NCBI GenBank assembly: GCA_016198685.1
Contig: JACQID010000004.1
Coordinates: 256,001 to 320,000, forward strand
From: Candidatus Aenigmatarchaeota archaeon
GTDB lineage: Archaea > Aenigmatarchaeota > Aenigmatarchaeia > GW2011-AR5
Direction of reading: 5' to 3'
Length of the DNA: 64,000 nucleotides
Part shown: positions 1-9,912 of the stretch, one piece after another
How the letters are laid out: each line of letters starts with the position of its first letter
Position numbering within the stretch: position 1 is the first letter of the stretch
The notes under the pieces: generated by a model
Seen by the model: only the letters and a program-made list of their open reading frames with translations
What the model was told of the DNA's origin: nothing
The model's database searches: none
Program-made: the position numbers and the translations under genes

Positions 1-171
<171 letters not shown>

Positions 172-297
172 ATGGGTCTTGAACCTCCAGTGGCGATACC
201 AATGTATATAATCCTTGCTGTAATGAACGGCGTGGATATAGAGCTATTGTGGCTCGGAATTGCGGGCTTAGTAGACGTTCTGCATATGGCTATATGA
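172..297 (+). CDS. 41-aa hydrophobic micro-protein A (not in ORF track)
   Basis: MGLEPPVAIPMYIILAVMNGVDIELLWLGIAGLVDVLHMAI; ATG directly abuts sufS stop, GGTGG SD-like upstream; similar to the next ORF. Confidence 0.55.
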   Translation: MGLEPPVAIPMYIILAVMNGVDIELLWLGIAGLVDVLHMAI

Positions 298-306
298 GGT
301 GAGAAA

Positions 307-432
307 ATGAGCAAACTTATACCTCTTATGACGCCCTTCTATCTGGCTCTCGTAGTTTTCACGCCAATAGAGTTCAGCGTTGCCGGCCTTGTAATAGCCA
401 TATTCGCAGAGATATTGCATTTCATCTGGTGA
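307..432 (+). CDS. 41-aa hydrophobic micro-protein B (not in ORF track)
   Basis: MSKLIPLMTPFYLALVVFTPIEFSVAGLVIAIFAEILHFIW; GAGGTGA SD upstream; stop 4 nt before sufU start. Confidence 0.6.
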   Translation: MSKLIPLMTPFYLALVVFTPIEFSVAGLVIAIFAEILHFIW

Positions 433-436
433 AAAC

Positions 437-838
437 GTGTACGACATGTATCAGGAGAACATACTGGATCACTACAGGAATCCGAGGAATTTCGGCTCGC
501 TGGCGAAGCCGGACATGGAAGCAGTAGACTACAACCCGCTCTGCGGCGATAAGATAACCATGGGAATAAAGATAAAGGACGGTAAGGTTATAGAAATAAT
601 GTTCTCTGGCGAAGGATGCGCGATCTCCCAGGCTTCGGCATCCATGCTTACGGAAGCCGTTAAAGGCAAATCAACCGAAGAAGCTTCTGAATTTTCAAAG
701 GATGATATGCTCGAACTTCTAGGCATACCGGTATCTGCTTCCAGAATAAAATGCGCGCTTTTGGGCTTGAAGGTCTTCAAATTAGTTTTATATGGTTTTC
801 TCGGGAAAAGTCTTTCTGACAAAGAAGAATTAGGGTGA
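437..838 (+). CDS. sufU: SufU/IscU-type Fe-S scaffold / sulfur-transfer protein
   Basis: ILDHYRNPRNFG, NPLCGD, GCAISQASAS and RIKCALL motifs with the three conserved Cys. Confidence 0.93.
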   Translation: MYDMYQENILDHYRNPRNFGSLAKPDMEAVDYNPLCGDKITMGIKIKDGKVIEIMFSGEGCAISQASASMLTEAVKGKSTEEASEFSKDDMLELLGIPVSASRIKCALLGLKVFKLVLYGFLGKSLSDKEELG

Positions 839-844
839 AGAAAA

Positions 845-1150
845 ATGACGTTCATTAAAGTTGCAAATAAATGGGAAATAAAAGAAGGCGAGCCTAAGGC
901 CATCGAAATCAATGACAAAGAAATCATGCTATCTAATATAGGGGGCAAGATATTCGCAGTTAGTGACATATGCAGTCATAAAAAATGCAATCTTTCGGGC
1001 GGGTTCATGGAAGGATTTGAGATAACTTGCCCCTGCCATATGGCTCGCTTTGACGTAAGAAACGGTCAAGTGACAGCTCCTCCCGCAACTGTTGATATAG
1101 AAGTCTACGATGTAAAAGTCGAAGGCGACGACGTTCTTGTTGATGTGTAA
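845..1150 (+). CDS. Rieske-type [2Fe-2S] ferredoxin
   Basis: CSH...CPCH Rieske ligand pattern, ARFDVRNG, 101 aa. Confidence 0.9.
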   Translation: MTFIKVANKWEIKEGEPKAIEINDKEIMLSNIGGKIFAVSDICSHKKCNLSGGFMEGFEITCPCHMARFDVRNGQVTAPPATVDIEVYDVKVEGDDVLVDV

Positions 1151-1343
1151 ATAATATCCGGGATTAAAAAGAAATAAAATTGAAACTATTTATTACGTGT
1201 TATCTCTTTTCTAACGATACTCAAGAATTTGTTCTGCGACCCCATTTATTCTGCAGAAGCAGATCCCACAATCTCTGCAAATAAATATCCGAATACCGGT
1301 ATGCTTTATCATGCATCCAATTATTTCTAACTATTGTTGTGCC

Positions 1344-1551
1344 CTAACGAAGGTCCATTATACTTGGGATATTCGGATGCAATTTTTCCCAGTCTTTTCT
1401 CCAGTCTTCTAAACTGGCCCAGTTGTTAGACCCCCCCCCCACCTAATTCATCCTCATACTTGGATTCTGAAACGTCATTTTCAGGATACATGATGATGGA
1501 ACCTGTCCGGCAGGGATATATGGGTGTTGCTCTTCTGGTATCCTCATCCAT
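1344..1551 (-). pseudogene. Possible small ORF interrupted at a G10 homopolymer
   Basis: MDEDTRRAT... stops just after the G run (C10 at 1431-1440 on +); one fewer G gives a 68-aa ORF ending ...NWASLEDWRKDWEKLHPNIPSIMDLR. Confidence 0.25.
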
Positions 1552-1562
1552 GAAATCCGAGA
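1529..1562. repeat. 34-bp perfect direct repeat, copy 1
   Basis: GCTCTTCTGGTATCCTCATCCATGAAATCCGAGA is identical at 2408-2441. Confidence 0.9.
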
Positions 1563-1607
1563 ACAATGAGTTGCTGCCTCTCCTCCTTTTTGGGAAGTTA
1601 GATTTTG

Positions 1608-2165
1608 TTATCCTACGATTTGATACTGAAACATAGTCAAGTGAGGGGCTTCGCCCAAAGTGGTACGGATCCTCATTCCTTCTTTCAGTCCTGGAAGGAC
1701 GATTTCGATGGTTTCATTCAGATTAGGATCCTCAGTGGAATAAATAAAAAAACCGTCGACTACCTGTATCGGATCTGCCATTGGCAATCTATGCGAAACG
1801 AGGAATTCCGGGGAAGAGGCGACGGCAGAGCCAATTGGTATAAATCGCCTTTTGGCTGGCCTAGCACTGAAATAGAATCTCACGTCAACCTTATCCCCTT
1901 CTTGGATTTTCGGAAAACTCCGGTTTTGGGGATTATAAATGGACACAACACGATCGATCCCGAGCGTCCCGTTGTCCTGAGGATAAGAATAACCAGGGCA
2001 TCGTTGCTCACAATCTTTTGCTGGATCCTCACGAACATACAAAACCGTTGCTTCAACTTCGATCATCGGTCCAATCGCCACAAGATGTCTGACCTCCTGA
2101 ACGTTACCGATGCATCCAATGACGAGTATGGAGCAAGAAATAATAATGAGTGACTCCTTGTTCAT
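1608..2165 (-). CDS. Hypothetical exported/lipoprotein-like protein
   Basis: 185 aa; N-terminal hydrophobic stretch ending LVIGC. Confidence 0.65.
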   Translation of the reverse strand: MNKESLIIISCSILVIGCIGNVQEVRHLVAIGPMIEVEATVLYVREDPAKDCEQRCPGYSYPQDNGTLGIDRVVSIYNPQNRSFPKIQEGDKVDVRFYFSARPAKRRFIPIGSAVASSPEFLVSHRLPMADPIQVVDGFFIYSTEDPNLNETIEIVLPGLKEGMRIRTTLGEAPHLTMFQYQIVG

Positions 2166-2259
2166 ATACTTAGTTCAATGCTATCTATGGCTTAAATAAT
2201 TATTGTGAACAAATATCAGAAGATCACGCTTCTAAGTAATATTATTATAGTCATGATAA

Positions 2260-2616
2260 TTACATGTCAATTACGGTGCAGTTCTTGTAATTTACTGCGC
2301 CAATGGCTCTCACTAATTCGAACTTTCCTGCCGATTTCCTATCTTTGTCAGTGATGCTTCGAATCATACTATCAGTATGCCATGTTGCTGAACATTTTAT
2401 TCTGGTCGCTCTTCTGGTATCCTCATCCATGAAATCCGAGAGCCTATAGAGCATATGGCCATCTTTTAATGGCAGAGCGGGACTCATCACATCGTAAAAT
2501 GGCAGTAAACCGTACCTAAAAAATTCTTTGGCTGTAATCTCAGCATTCTGTTTCATCTGTGCAAGACTCAGAAGCCTGTTTTCATATGGTTTATATATAA
2601 AAATCACCCTATGCAA
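2260..2616 (-). CDS. Hypothetical protein (start uncertain)
   Basis: 118-aa ORF with no recognisable motif; contains copy 2 of the 34-bp repeat. Confidence 0.4.
   Translation of the reverse strand: MHRVIFIYKPYENRLLSLAQMKQNAEITAKEFFRYGLLPFYDVMSPALPLKDGHMLYRLSDFMDEDTRRATRIKCSATWHTDSMIRSITDKDRKSAGKFELVRAIGAVNYKNCTVIDM
2408..2441. repeat. 34-bp perfect direct repeat, copy 2
   Basis: Identical to 1529-1562. Confidence 0.9.
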
Positions 2617-3493
2617 CTACAGAGTTCTTGTTATTGCCGAGCATGAATATCATCAGGCCTGCAAACACAATAAAGCTGCCTATGAGTTCTGTTGTTGTCA
2701 TTATCTCTCCTAACAGGAAAAATGAGTAGGTTCCTATCACAAGCGGATCCATGGCCCTTATCAAGGCGATCTTTGAGAGGTCGATCAATTCCATTGCCTT
2801 GTACCTGAGGTATGCGCTAAGGAATGCGCCTGTCAGGCCGGCTGTGAAAAGAAGGGCCATAGTGGGCATTGAAGGAACATAGAAATTATCCGTAAATCCT
2901 ATTATGAGCAGAACAGACAGGAAAAGAAAAAGTGTCCTTAATGCGTTGAGCGACGCCGGCTGTATCTGCTCTATGTATTTCTTCGAAAGTGTCTGGACTA
3001 TCGCCAGCATAATCGCAGAAAGCAATGCAAAAGCCATGCCCTCGGCTATAGTATGCCCGCTAGTGTAGCTTATTGACATGCTTCCTATCAATATTATAAT
3101 CGCGCCTATGATCTCTATCTTCCCAAGCCTTTCTCCAAGAAAGAGAACACTTAAAATCACTATGAATATTGTTGAGAATCTGGAAAAGAAGCCTGTAAGC
3201 GAGGGACCTAAAATATCCAAAGCAAAAAATAGAGATATCGAGCCTATGGCATTCAGGATGCCTATGCTCACTACAGTTTTTCTGTATTTTTTCATTGAGT
3301 GAAACATATGGTCAATTTCTTTGCGCTGAAGCACCAAAATAAGTGATGCGATAAATGCGGCAAGAAAAACATAAAAAGGACCTATTATAGGCGACGATAT
3401 TTCTTTTACAGCCATTGCATTAGCTACAAATGATATGCCTATCATACCGGATGAAGCAAATGTCAAGGCATAGCCTTTTGCTTTATTGTCCAT
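2609..3493 (-). CDS. EamA/DMT-family transporter
   Basis: 294 aa, about 10 TM helices in two repeats, LSVLFLGERL and FLLGEIMT signature ends. Confidence 0.88.
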   Translation of the reverse strand: MDNKAKGYALTFASSGMIGISFVANAMAVKEISSPIIGPFYVFLAAFIASLILVLQRKEIDHMFHSMKKYRKTVVSIGILNAIGSISLFFALDILGPSLTGFFSRFSTIFIVILSVLFLGERLGKIEIIGAIIILIGSMSISYTSGHTIAEGMAFALLSAIMLAIVQTLSKKYIEQIQPASLNALRTLFLFLSVLLIIGFTDNFYVPSMPTMALLFTAGLTGAFLSAYLRYKAMELIDLSKIALIRAMDPLVIGTYSFFLLGEIMTTTELIGSFIVFAGLMIFMLGNNKNSVVA

Positions 3494-3542
3494 GTATATT
3501 GAGATACGGAACTCTTTAAGAATTTAGCTTCAAGTTAATTAT

Positions 3543-4439
3543 ATGTTGATCAAGAAAATTCAACTACAGCGTCACGGCTATACGTTCCAACCCAAAGAAA
3601 AAGAGCTTAAAAGGGCAAACAAGGAAATGGGTCGTAATTGCCGGAACTATTATTCGCCAGAAAGCGAAACGTACACTGTAGAGATTAACTTAAACCCTCC
3701 AATGGATGCAAAATTACAAATACGGTCATCGATTAATGACGTCAATAGAGCAACAGGATTAAATTTTGATGAGAACGTTGACCACATTAGAGTAACTCCG
3801 TATGGATTATCATACTTTACTTCTCCATGGACCGTTCAAAGGTCGCGAAATCCTCATGGTCAAGGAGTTGCAAGAATCAAATTTTTTGCTAATCCGCAAT
3901 ATCCTTTTGCCGAGAACATCAATGAATATGGAATAAATGTTCATGTACCTAGAAGAAGTCCCAAGGACCAAGTCCGTGTAAGAAATCAAGAAGATTATTT
4001 TGGAATGATGCACAAGCCGTATCTCACTATTGAAATCCCGGCATCATGGAAGCCTGCAAGAGAATTATATGAGCGTTATAACGATCATGGATTAGGAGAG
4101 ATTGAATGCACATATGATTATCCGGAAATTGTAATTGACAAATTTCTTCCTGATATTACCCGTGAAACTGAGTCTGAAGTCGCAGATCTTTATGATAACG
4201 TCTGTAGGTTGTTGCGTAAATCCGGAGCAGCCGGAGATGCTGTATCTCTTCTCAATGAAAAGACACTATCAGAGAATCTAAAAGCGGAAGGCGTGGACCT
4301 AAGATCAGTCTTAGCTTCATCTACAATAAGACACAGAAGCCCGTATGTAAAATTAGCTCTCGGGTTAAATATACACGGTATATATTTGATAACAAACGAT
4401 GATTTCTGGCCTTATGGGCCTCCCAATATATTCACATGA
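3543..4439 (+). CDS. Hypothetical soluble protein (orphan)
   Basis: 298-aa open frame with no recognisable motif. Confidence 0.7.
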   Translation: MLIKKIQLQRHGYTFQPKEKELKRANKEMGRNCRNYYSPESETYTVEINLNPPMDAKLQIRSSINDVNRATGLNFDENVDHIRVTPYGLSYFTSPWTVQRSRNPHGQGVARIKFFANPQYPFAENINEYGINVHVPRRSPKDQVRVRNQEDYFGMMHKPYLTIEIPASWKPARELYERYNDHGLGEIECTYDYPEIVIDKFLPDITRETESEVADLYDNVCRLLRKSGAAGDAVSLLNEKTLSENLKAEGVDLRSVLASSTIRHRSPYVKLALGLNIHGIYLITNDDFWPYGPPNIFT

Positions 4440-4473
4440 TTTGGCACTTGCATCAAATTTGAAGAAGTAATAT

Positions 4474-5178
4474 CTATACAATAATCTTCTTGACTTCAGA
4501 TTGATCGAGTTTATTGAATTTTCCTGCCTCGGCAATGCCTATTTCCGTGTTTCTTTCTGTTATGTTAGGCTCAGCGTGCTTTAATGCTGCAATGGCAAGT
4601 TCAACTGCACCTTCTCTTGTCATATTATCCTTGAACTTTGTTATCAAATATTCCTTTGCGGCTTTTGTGCCTCTTCCAATTGCATGAGCCTTCCATTCGC
4701 GAACTGTGCCGGATGGGTCTGTCTCGAATAATCGGCCACGATCTTCTGAGCCTGCAAAGAGCATTCCGCATCCGTAAGGCCGTATTCCTCCTATCTGCGT
4801 GAACCTTTGGATCCTATCTCCAACGTCCTTTACAAGCGATGCAACTTCTATCTTTTCATCATAGGTTATCTTATTGACTTGGCAGCGAACGCGGGCATAA
4901 TCTACAAGGACTCTGCAATCCGCAAGAATACCGCAGGAAGCAACTCCTATGTGATCATCAATCCTGGAAACTTTCTCAACCTTGTCCGAAACCAGTAATT
5001 TTTGCAGTATTTTAGTCCCTGCGATGACAACCCCGCCGTTGAACGCTACACCTATAACTGTAGTAGCCTTGTCTACGGCTTTTCTTGCGTATTCGACCTG
5101 ATACATCCTACCTTCAGGCGAGAAGACTACGATAGCTCGGTCATATCCCATCTGCTGCGCTGGTGCTTGGAATTCCAT
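4474..5178 (-). CDS. psmA: Proteasome subunit alpha
   Basis: GYDRAIVVFSPEGRMYQVEYA N-terminal motif, RPYG, FETDPSG; ATG at 5178 follows AGGTGG. Confidence 0.96.
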   Translation of the reverse strand: MEFQAPAQQMGYDRAIVVFSPEGRMYQVEYARKAVDKATTVIGVAFNGGVVIAGTKILQKLLVSDKVEKVSRIDDHIGVASCGILADCRVLVDYARVRCQVNKITYDEKIEVASLVKDVGDRIQRFTQIGGIRPYGCGMLFAGSEDRGRLFETDPSGTVREWKAHAIGRGTKAAKEYLITKFKDNMTREGAVELAIAALKHAEPNITERNTEIGIAEAGKFNKLDQSEVKKIIV

Positions 5179-5230
5179 AGAAACCACCTATATTTTCCAT
5201 TATATTTATGCTCGAAGCTTAAATATGTTT

Positions 5231-6526
5231 TTAGATTCCAAACTTCCTCAGCATGCCTCCCATGCCGCCACGTTTCATTTTGCTCGGAGAGATCGTTTTC
5301 ATCATTTTCTTGGCTTTTGAGTAGTTGCCAAGCAGTTCACGCACATCACTTTCAGGAGTTCCGGATCCTGCGGCTATCCTCTTGATTCTTGAACTATCAA
5401 GCACATCCGGATTCTTTTTTTCATGGGGAGTCATGGAATCTATTACAAATCTCCATTTGCGTATCTTTTCCTCTTGGCCTTCAATATTGACCTTGCCTTT
5501 CATTTTTCCAAGGCCCATCATGTCCAGAATTTGCGAGAACGATCCCATCTTTTTTATCGACTCAAACTGGGAATAGAATTCTTCAATGTCAAAATTCCCG
5601 CTCATGACTTTTTCGGCCTTTTTCTCATCCATGGCAGTTGATGCCTTTTCAAGCAAGGTTTCCATGTCTGCAAAGCCGATTATTCGGCCGACGAATTTTC
5701 TGGGATCATATTGCTCAAGGCTCTCGATGCCTTCCCCTGTAGTTATGAATTTGACCTTAGCTCCGGTTTCATAGCAGGCGGTTATGGCTCCTCCTCCCTT
5801 GGCGGTGGCGTCAGTCTTCGTGACTATGATATCCGTTATGCCCAACGCATCATGAAAGGCTCTGGCCTGTATTTTTGCCGCTTGTCCTATGTCAGCCGGT
5901 ATCACCAGTATTTTTTCTTCAGGCGTCATTGTATCATTCAGACCCTTTATCTCCCGGATAAGCGTGTCGTCAAGGGCATTCCTTCCTGAGGAATCGACGA
6001 TGATAACGTCAGCATCCATCCTGACAAGGGCTTCGCGGAGTATGGCGCTAGCGTCCTTGTTTCCGTTTTCGCCGTAGAAAGGTGCATCTATCTTTTCTGC
6101 AAGCTGCTTAAGCTGCTCATAGGCCGCTGGCCTATCGACATCGCAGCATACCAAGGCAGTTTTCAACCCTTTCTTTTGGTAAAATCTTGCAAGCTTGGCG
6201 GCAGTAGAAGTCTTGCCTGTCCCGTAAAGGCCGGCAAGCAGTATTCTTTTTGGTTTCAGGGAAGTTTCCGATTTTTCATTGCCTAATATGGAGGTAAGTT
6301 CGTCATAAACTACTTTTATTACATGCTCCTTTCTGGAAAGACCTTCAGGGAGCTTTTCCATGCACCGATTCTTTATTCTGTCGCTGAGCTGCATGACGAG
6401 TGCTACGTCAACGTCAGATGACAGAAGCGTACGCTGCATGTCCCTGACCAATTCTTCCACGTGCTCGGCATCCACTATGCCAAGACGGGAAAGTTTTTGT
6501 ATGCTGTCCCTAAGTTTTTCAAACAT
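5231..6526 (-). CDS. srp54: Signal recognition particle 54-kDa protein
   Basis: GLYGTGKTS P-loop, DVDRPAA, DSSGR, TKTDATAKGGG and a Met-rich M domain. Confidence 0.96.
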   Translation of the reverse strand: MFEKLRDSIQKLSRLGIVDAEHVEELVRDMQRTLLSSDVDVALVMQLSDRIKNRCMEKLPEGLSRKEHVIKVVYDELTSILGNEKSETSLKPKRILLAGLYGTGKTSTAAKLARFYQKKGLKTALVCCDVDRPAAYEQLKQLAEKIDAPFYGENGNKDASAILREALVRMDADVIIVDSSGRNALDDTLIREIKGLNDTMTPEEKILVIPADIGQAAKIQARAFHDALGITDIIVTKTDATAKGGGAITACYETGAKVKFITTGEGIESLEQYDPRKFVGRIIGFADMETLLEKASTAMDEKKAEKVMSGNFDIEEFYSQFESIKKMGSFSQILDMMGLGKMKGKVNIEGQEEKIRKWRFVIDSMTPHEKKNPDVLDSSRIKRIAAGSGTPESDVRELLGNYSKAKKMMKTISPSKMKRGGMGGMLRKFGI

Positions 6527-6568
6527 ATGCTTATTTCGCAGAAAACGCTTAAATGAATGCAGAGTTGG

Positions 6569-7180
6569 CTAAACGGCCTGTTTTTCCCCTTTTGCCGGGG
6601 CAATTATTTCTGCGGGCATGACATATTCCTGAGGCATCTGAGCATTGCTTTCTTTTCTGTCATCCAACTTCTTGTAAAAGAATTTGTAGAGAAGCATCAG
6701 CGCCATCATAGCAGCAAAAGCCGCAAGTATAAGATTGTATTCGCCAGCAGAAACGATGATTCCCCCGCGTCCCCTTTCGATTGCCGTTCTTTCCTTATCC
6801 AATATCAGTTTCCATGCATCCATATGCGCCTTGCGAATTTTCATGCCGTCTAATTCAAGCACAAGGGAATCAAATATAGCATGCAATGCCGATATTCTTT
6901 CGTTTGATTCGCGTATCTTTTTTTCGGTATCGTTAAGCGAAGCAAGCGATTCCGCGTATGCTGCAGTCAGATTATCAACCAAGCCAAACTTTTCTATGAC
7001 ATAAATGCTCGGCAGACCGCTCCCGCCGGCAGGCGTTACAGTGAATAGGATTTTATAGATATTTTCCCCGGCCTGTATCATGTTCCCTGATATGGCGCTT
7101 TGATTAACGCCTTCAACTACAGAAGCTGATGAAACGGGCATTACAAGCCATATCAACGCCGCAGCGATCAACAATTTCAT
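6569..7180 (-). CDS. Hypothetical membrane-anchored protein
   Basis: Signal peptide, coiled-coil-like middle, C-terminal TM helix; overlaps upstream gene by 4 nt. Confidence 0.75.
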   Translation of the reverse strand: MKLLIAAALIWLVMPVSSASVVEGVNQSAISGNMIQAGENIYKILFTVTPAGGSGLPSIYVIEKFGLVDNLTAAYAESLASLNDTEKKIRESNERISALHAIFDSLVLELDGMKIRKAHMDAWKLILDKERTAIERGRGGIIVSAGEYNLILAAFAAMMALMLLYKFFYKKLDDRKESNAQMPQEYVMPAEIIAPAKGEKQAV

Positions 7181-8103
7181 TTGCTCGCCCTCCTGATGAA
7201 AGTTACATATATGGTCGTTCCTGCAAGAACTGCCATGAACGCCAGCATTTCCGGCCTGAACTCCTTGCCTGTAGCGGCCTTTATCTTGGCTTCAGAAAGC
7301 TTGAGCGAAGCTTCTGCAATTGCATTTTCGCCCACAGTAAGATTACCTCTGGCAGCAAGAATAGAAACATTGATTTCAGTTATGTTATTTTCCAGCGAAA
7401 TTTCATTCTCAAGCATTGCAGCCAGCGTAGCATTGGCTTTTCCAAACATCACGCCGGCATTCAGGTTCCTGTATCGCAGCGTTTCTGCATTTTCAGTATC
7501 TTCGATGAACATCGGCCCTTGGAAAGCCTTGCCAAAATATATTTCCGTATTTTTGCCTATGCTATCATCGTTCACAGACGATATAATTATCGTGTTTGAT
7601 TCTCTCTCAAGATCCCATTTTATGTCAGAAGATGATCTTACAAGAAGAGGCGTCATGTTTTTCGGGATTACGACTGCAATGTTTTTTGCTCGGGCAGACG
7701 ACAGCCTTATCGAAAGTTTTTCTGAAGATGGGAAATATGACGTTTCCTTTTCGTTTATGACAGATTGACCTTGAGGTATTATGGCAAAGCCACTCACAGC
7801 AGCATACTGCGCATATTCGCCCGGCGCAAGAGATATGCTCACGTTTGACGTAATGTTGCCTATGGAAATGAAATTTACATTCCTAGTCATATTGCCGTTA
7901 TTGCTAAGCGTGCCTTTTTCCAGCGTCATGCCGTTTTTGGTAACAAGGCGTATCGTATCAGTCATCGTTATGTTGGCTATAGTCTCGGAAATTTCTTCCA
8001 CATGTAATTCGACAGGCGCTGCATATTTTACTATCTCTGTGCCCGAAGAGAACATAAAATAGAGAACGAACGCAAAGAACATGAGGATGAAGGGTTTCTT
8101 CAT
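7177..8103 (-). CDS. Hypothetical secreted protein with C-terminal TM anchor
   Basis: Start set at MKKPFILMFF (signal peptide); beta-rich N-glycosylation-sequon-rich body; C-terminal TM plus basic tail. Confidence 0.75.
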   Translation of the reverse strand: MKKPFILMFFAFVLYFMFSSGTEIVKYAAPVELHVEEISETIANITMTDTIRLVTKNGMTLEKGTLSNNGNMTRNVNFISIGNITSNVSISLAPGEYAQYAAVSGFAIIPQGQSVINEKETSYFPSSEKLSIRLSSARAKNIAVVIPKNMTPLLVRSSSDIKWDLERESNTIIISSVNDDSIGKNTEIYFGKAFQGPMFIEDTENAETLRYRNLNAGVMFGKANATLAAMLENEISLENNITEINVSILAARGNLTVGENAIAEASLKLSEAKIKAATGKEFRPEMLAFMAVLAGTTIYVTFIRRASK

Positions 8104-8237
8104 AAGAATAAACTGCCTGAAATCTAATAAAGCCGATGGCATATGTAATGTTTCTGTAATTGACGTGCAATCATGGCGCGATGATGTGCTTAAATCTTTT
8201 TTCAAAATTTTATAGTAACTCGGTGATTCTATTGGTA

Positions 8238-8366
8238 ATGGCGACTGTGCAGATAAGACTGACGGAAAAACAGATCAAACAGATAGACGAACTTGTGGAA
8301 CAGGGAGTTTATCCGAACCGTTCAGAAACGGTTCGTGATGCCGTAAGAAAATTAGTCAGGGTCTAA
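8238..8366 (+). CDS. Ribbon-helix-helix (CopG/Arc) DNA-binding protein
   Basis: MATVQIRLTEKQIKQIDELVEQGVYPNRSETVRDAVR matches the RHH pattern. Confidence 0.85.
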   Translation: MATVQIRLTEKQIKQIDELVEQGVYPNRSETVRDAVRKLVRV

Positions 8367-9478
8367 TCAAGCATCTTTGCTATTATTGCGTCCGGATCGA
8401 AATCATCCAAGTCGCCATATTTCTGGCCGCTTCCAAGATAGAGTATGGGCTTTCCTGTAACATACGATGCCGAAAGGCAAGCGCCTCCTTTATCGTAAAC
8501 ATCCGTTTTTGTTAATATTATGGCATCGACCCCTATTGCATGGTCATATATTTTTGCCTGTTCATATATGTCGTTTCCTGTAAGCGAATCGAGGATGAGT
8601 ATTTTAAGGTCGGGTTTGTTGACACGTGCGACTTTTTTCAATTCGTCCATCAGGTTTGCGTTTGAATGAGAGCGCCCGGCAGTGTCGCCTATTATTAGCT
8701 TGGATTTCCTAGCTTCTGCATGCTTTCTTGCATCAAAAATTACGGCAGCCGGATCGGCGCCGTAAGAATGCTTTACAAGGTCAAACCCGGCTTTTTTGGA
8801 ATGTTCTTGGAGTTGCTCTATTGATGCTGCCCTGAATGTATCTGCTGCGGCAACAACCGGTCTGAATTTTCTGAACTTATGGGCAAGCTTCGCTATTGTC
8901 GTGGTTTTGCCAGCACCGTTTGTGCCAAAAACAAGCATAAGGTATGCCCCTTCTTTCGCATCTATGAGTTTTTCTAAATCAATCTTCTCGCGGGTCATGA
9001 TGTTTTTCAGTGAATGTGCAAGGGCATTCTTCAGGACATCTTGAGTTTTGCTCCTGCCTACGCTCGTGCCGACGATGGCATTTTTCACTTCATCGCATAT
9101 CTTTTCCGCAACTTCATACGCTACATCGTTCTCAAGAAGGACGGTTTTAAGATTGCCAAATATCTCCTCAGCTTCTTTTTCACCAAGTTTCTTCTCTGTT
9201 ATCCTGCTTACTGCCTTGGAAAATAGGCTTTTCTTCGTTTTTTCTTCGATTGCCGGCTCTTCGGATATTTCAATTTTTTCTTCAGTCTTCCCATCCGATT
9301 CAGGAGCTTCGGTCAGTTCTTTTATTTCTTCCGTCTTTTCTGGAATTATCTCAGGTACCTTGAGAGGCTGCGGCATTGGCTCAGGTTCTTTCCTTTCTTC
9401 CGGATGCGTTTCTTGCGCCGATTCCTCTTTGGAAAAAGAGAATATGCTTTTCAATTTCTTCTTTAGCGACTCAAACAT
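8363..9478 (-). CDS. ftsY: SRP receptor FtsY
   Basis: Acidic N-terminus, GTNGAGKTTT, DTFRAAS, DTAGR, TKTD motifs. Confidence 0.96.
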   Translation of the reverse strand: MFESLKKKLKSIFSFSKEESAQETHPEERKEPEPMPQPLKVPEIIPEKTEEIKELTEAPESDGKTEEKIEISEEPAIEEKTKKSLFSKAVSRITEKKLGEKEAEEIFGNLKTVLLENDVAYEVAEKICDEVKNAIVGTSVGRSKTQDVLKNALAHSLKNIMTREKIDLEKLIDAKEGAYLMLVFGTNGAGKTTTIAKLAHKFRKFRPVVAAADTFRAASIEQLQEHSKKAGFDLVKHSYGADPAAVIFDARKHAEARKSKLIIGDTAGRSHSNANLMDELKKVARVNKPDLKILILDSLTGNDIYEQAKIYDHAIGVDAIILTKTDVYDKGGACLSASYVTGKPILYLGSGQKYGDLDDFDPDAIIAKMLD

Positions 9479-9482
9479 TTCA

Positions 9483-9899
9483 TCACTGTGTCATGTTCTG
9501 CAGTTCGGTTTCCAAAATCTCTGCTTGCCTTCCCAGTTTTTCAGCCTCGGTTTGAAGCTGTTCCATGTAATTCATTACTTCCATACGACGGGTTTCAAGG
9601 ATTGCTACGGCGTTTTCTTTTGATTCTTCAACAAACACGCCCGCGCCTATGCCTACTATGAAATTTTCAGTGTTTTCCAGCGAGGCTTTAGCGAATACGC
9701 CCGAGCCTATGGGCGACCATATTGACTTTCCCCGGTCTTCCTTATCAACCCTTTTCATGGCTTCGGATGACATGATTAATTCAGAAGACTTTTCCTCAAG
9801 CATCATCCTCTCCTGGAGCAGTACCGACATTTGTTGTTTCATCGCCTGGTAGTGCGAGTATTTTCTTTGAATGTCTTCCTTCTTGTCGTTTTCGTCCAT
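9483..9899 (-). CDS. pfdA: Prefoldin subunit alpha
   Basis: Coiled coils flanking PIGSGVF...VGIGAGVFVE beta hairpins; conserved position between aIF6 and ftsY. Confidence 0.92.
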   Translation of the reverse strand: MDENDKKEDIQRKYSHYQAMKQQMSVLLQERMMLEEKSSELIMSSEAMKRVDKEDRGKSIWSPIGSGVFAKASLENTENFIVGIGAGVFVEESKENAVAILETRRMEVMNYMEQLQTEAEKLGRQAEILETELQNMTQ

Positions 9900-9912
9900 A
9901 TTTATCGCCTGG

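Noticed and set aside
1605-2153. 182-aa plus-strand ORF
   Set aside because: Fully overlaps the minus-strand ORF that has a signal peptide; no motif supports the plus frame.
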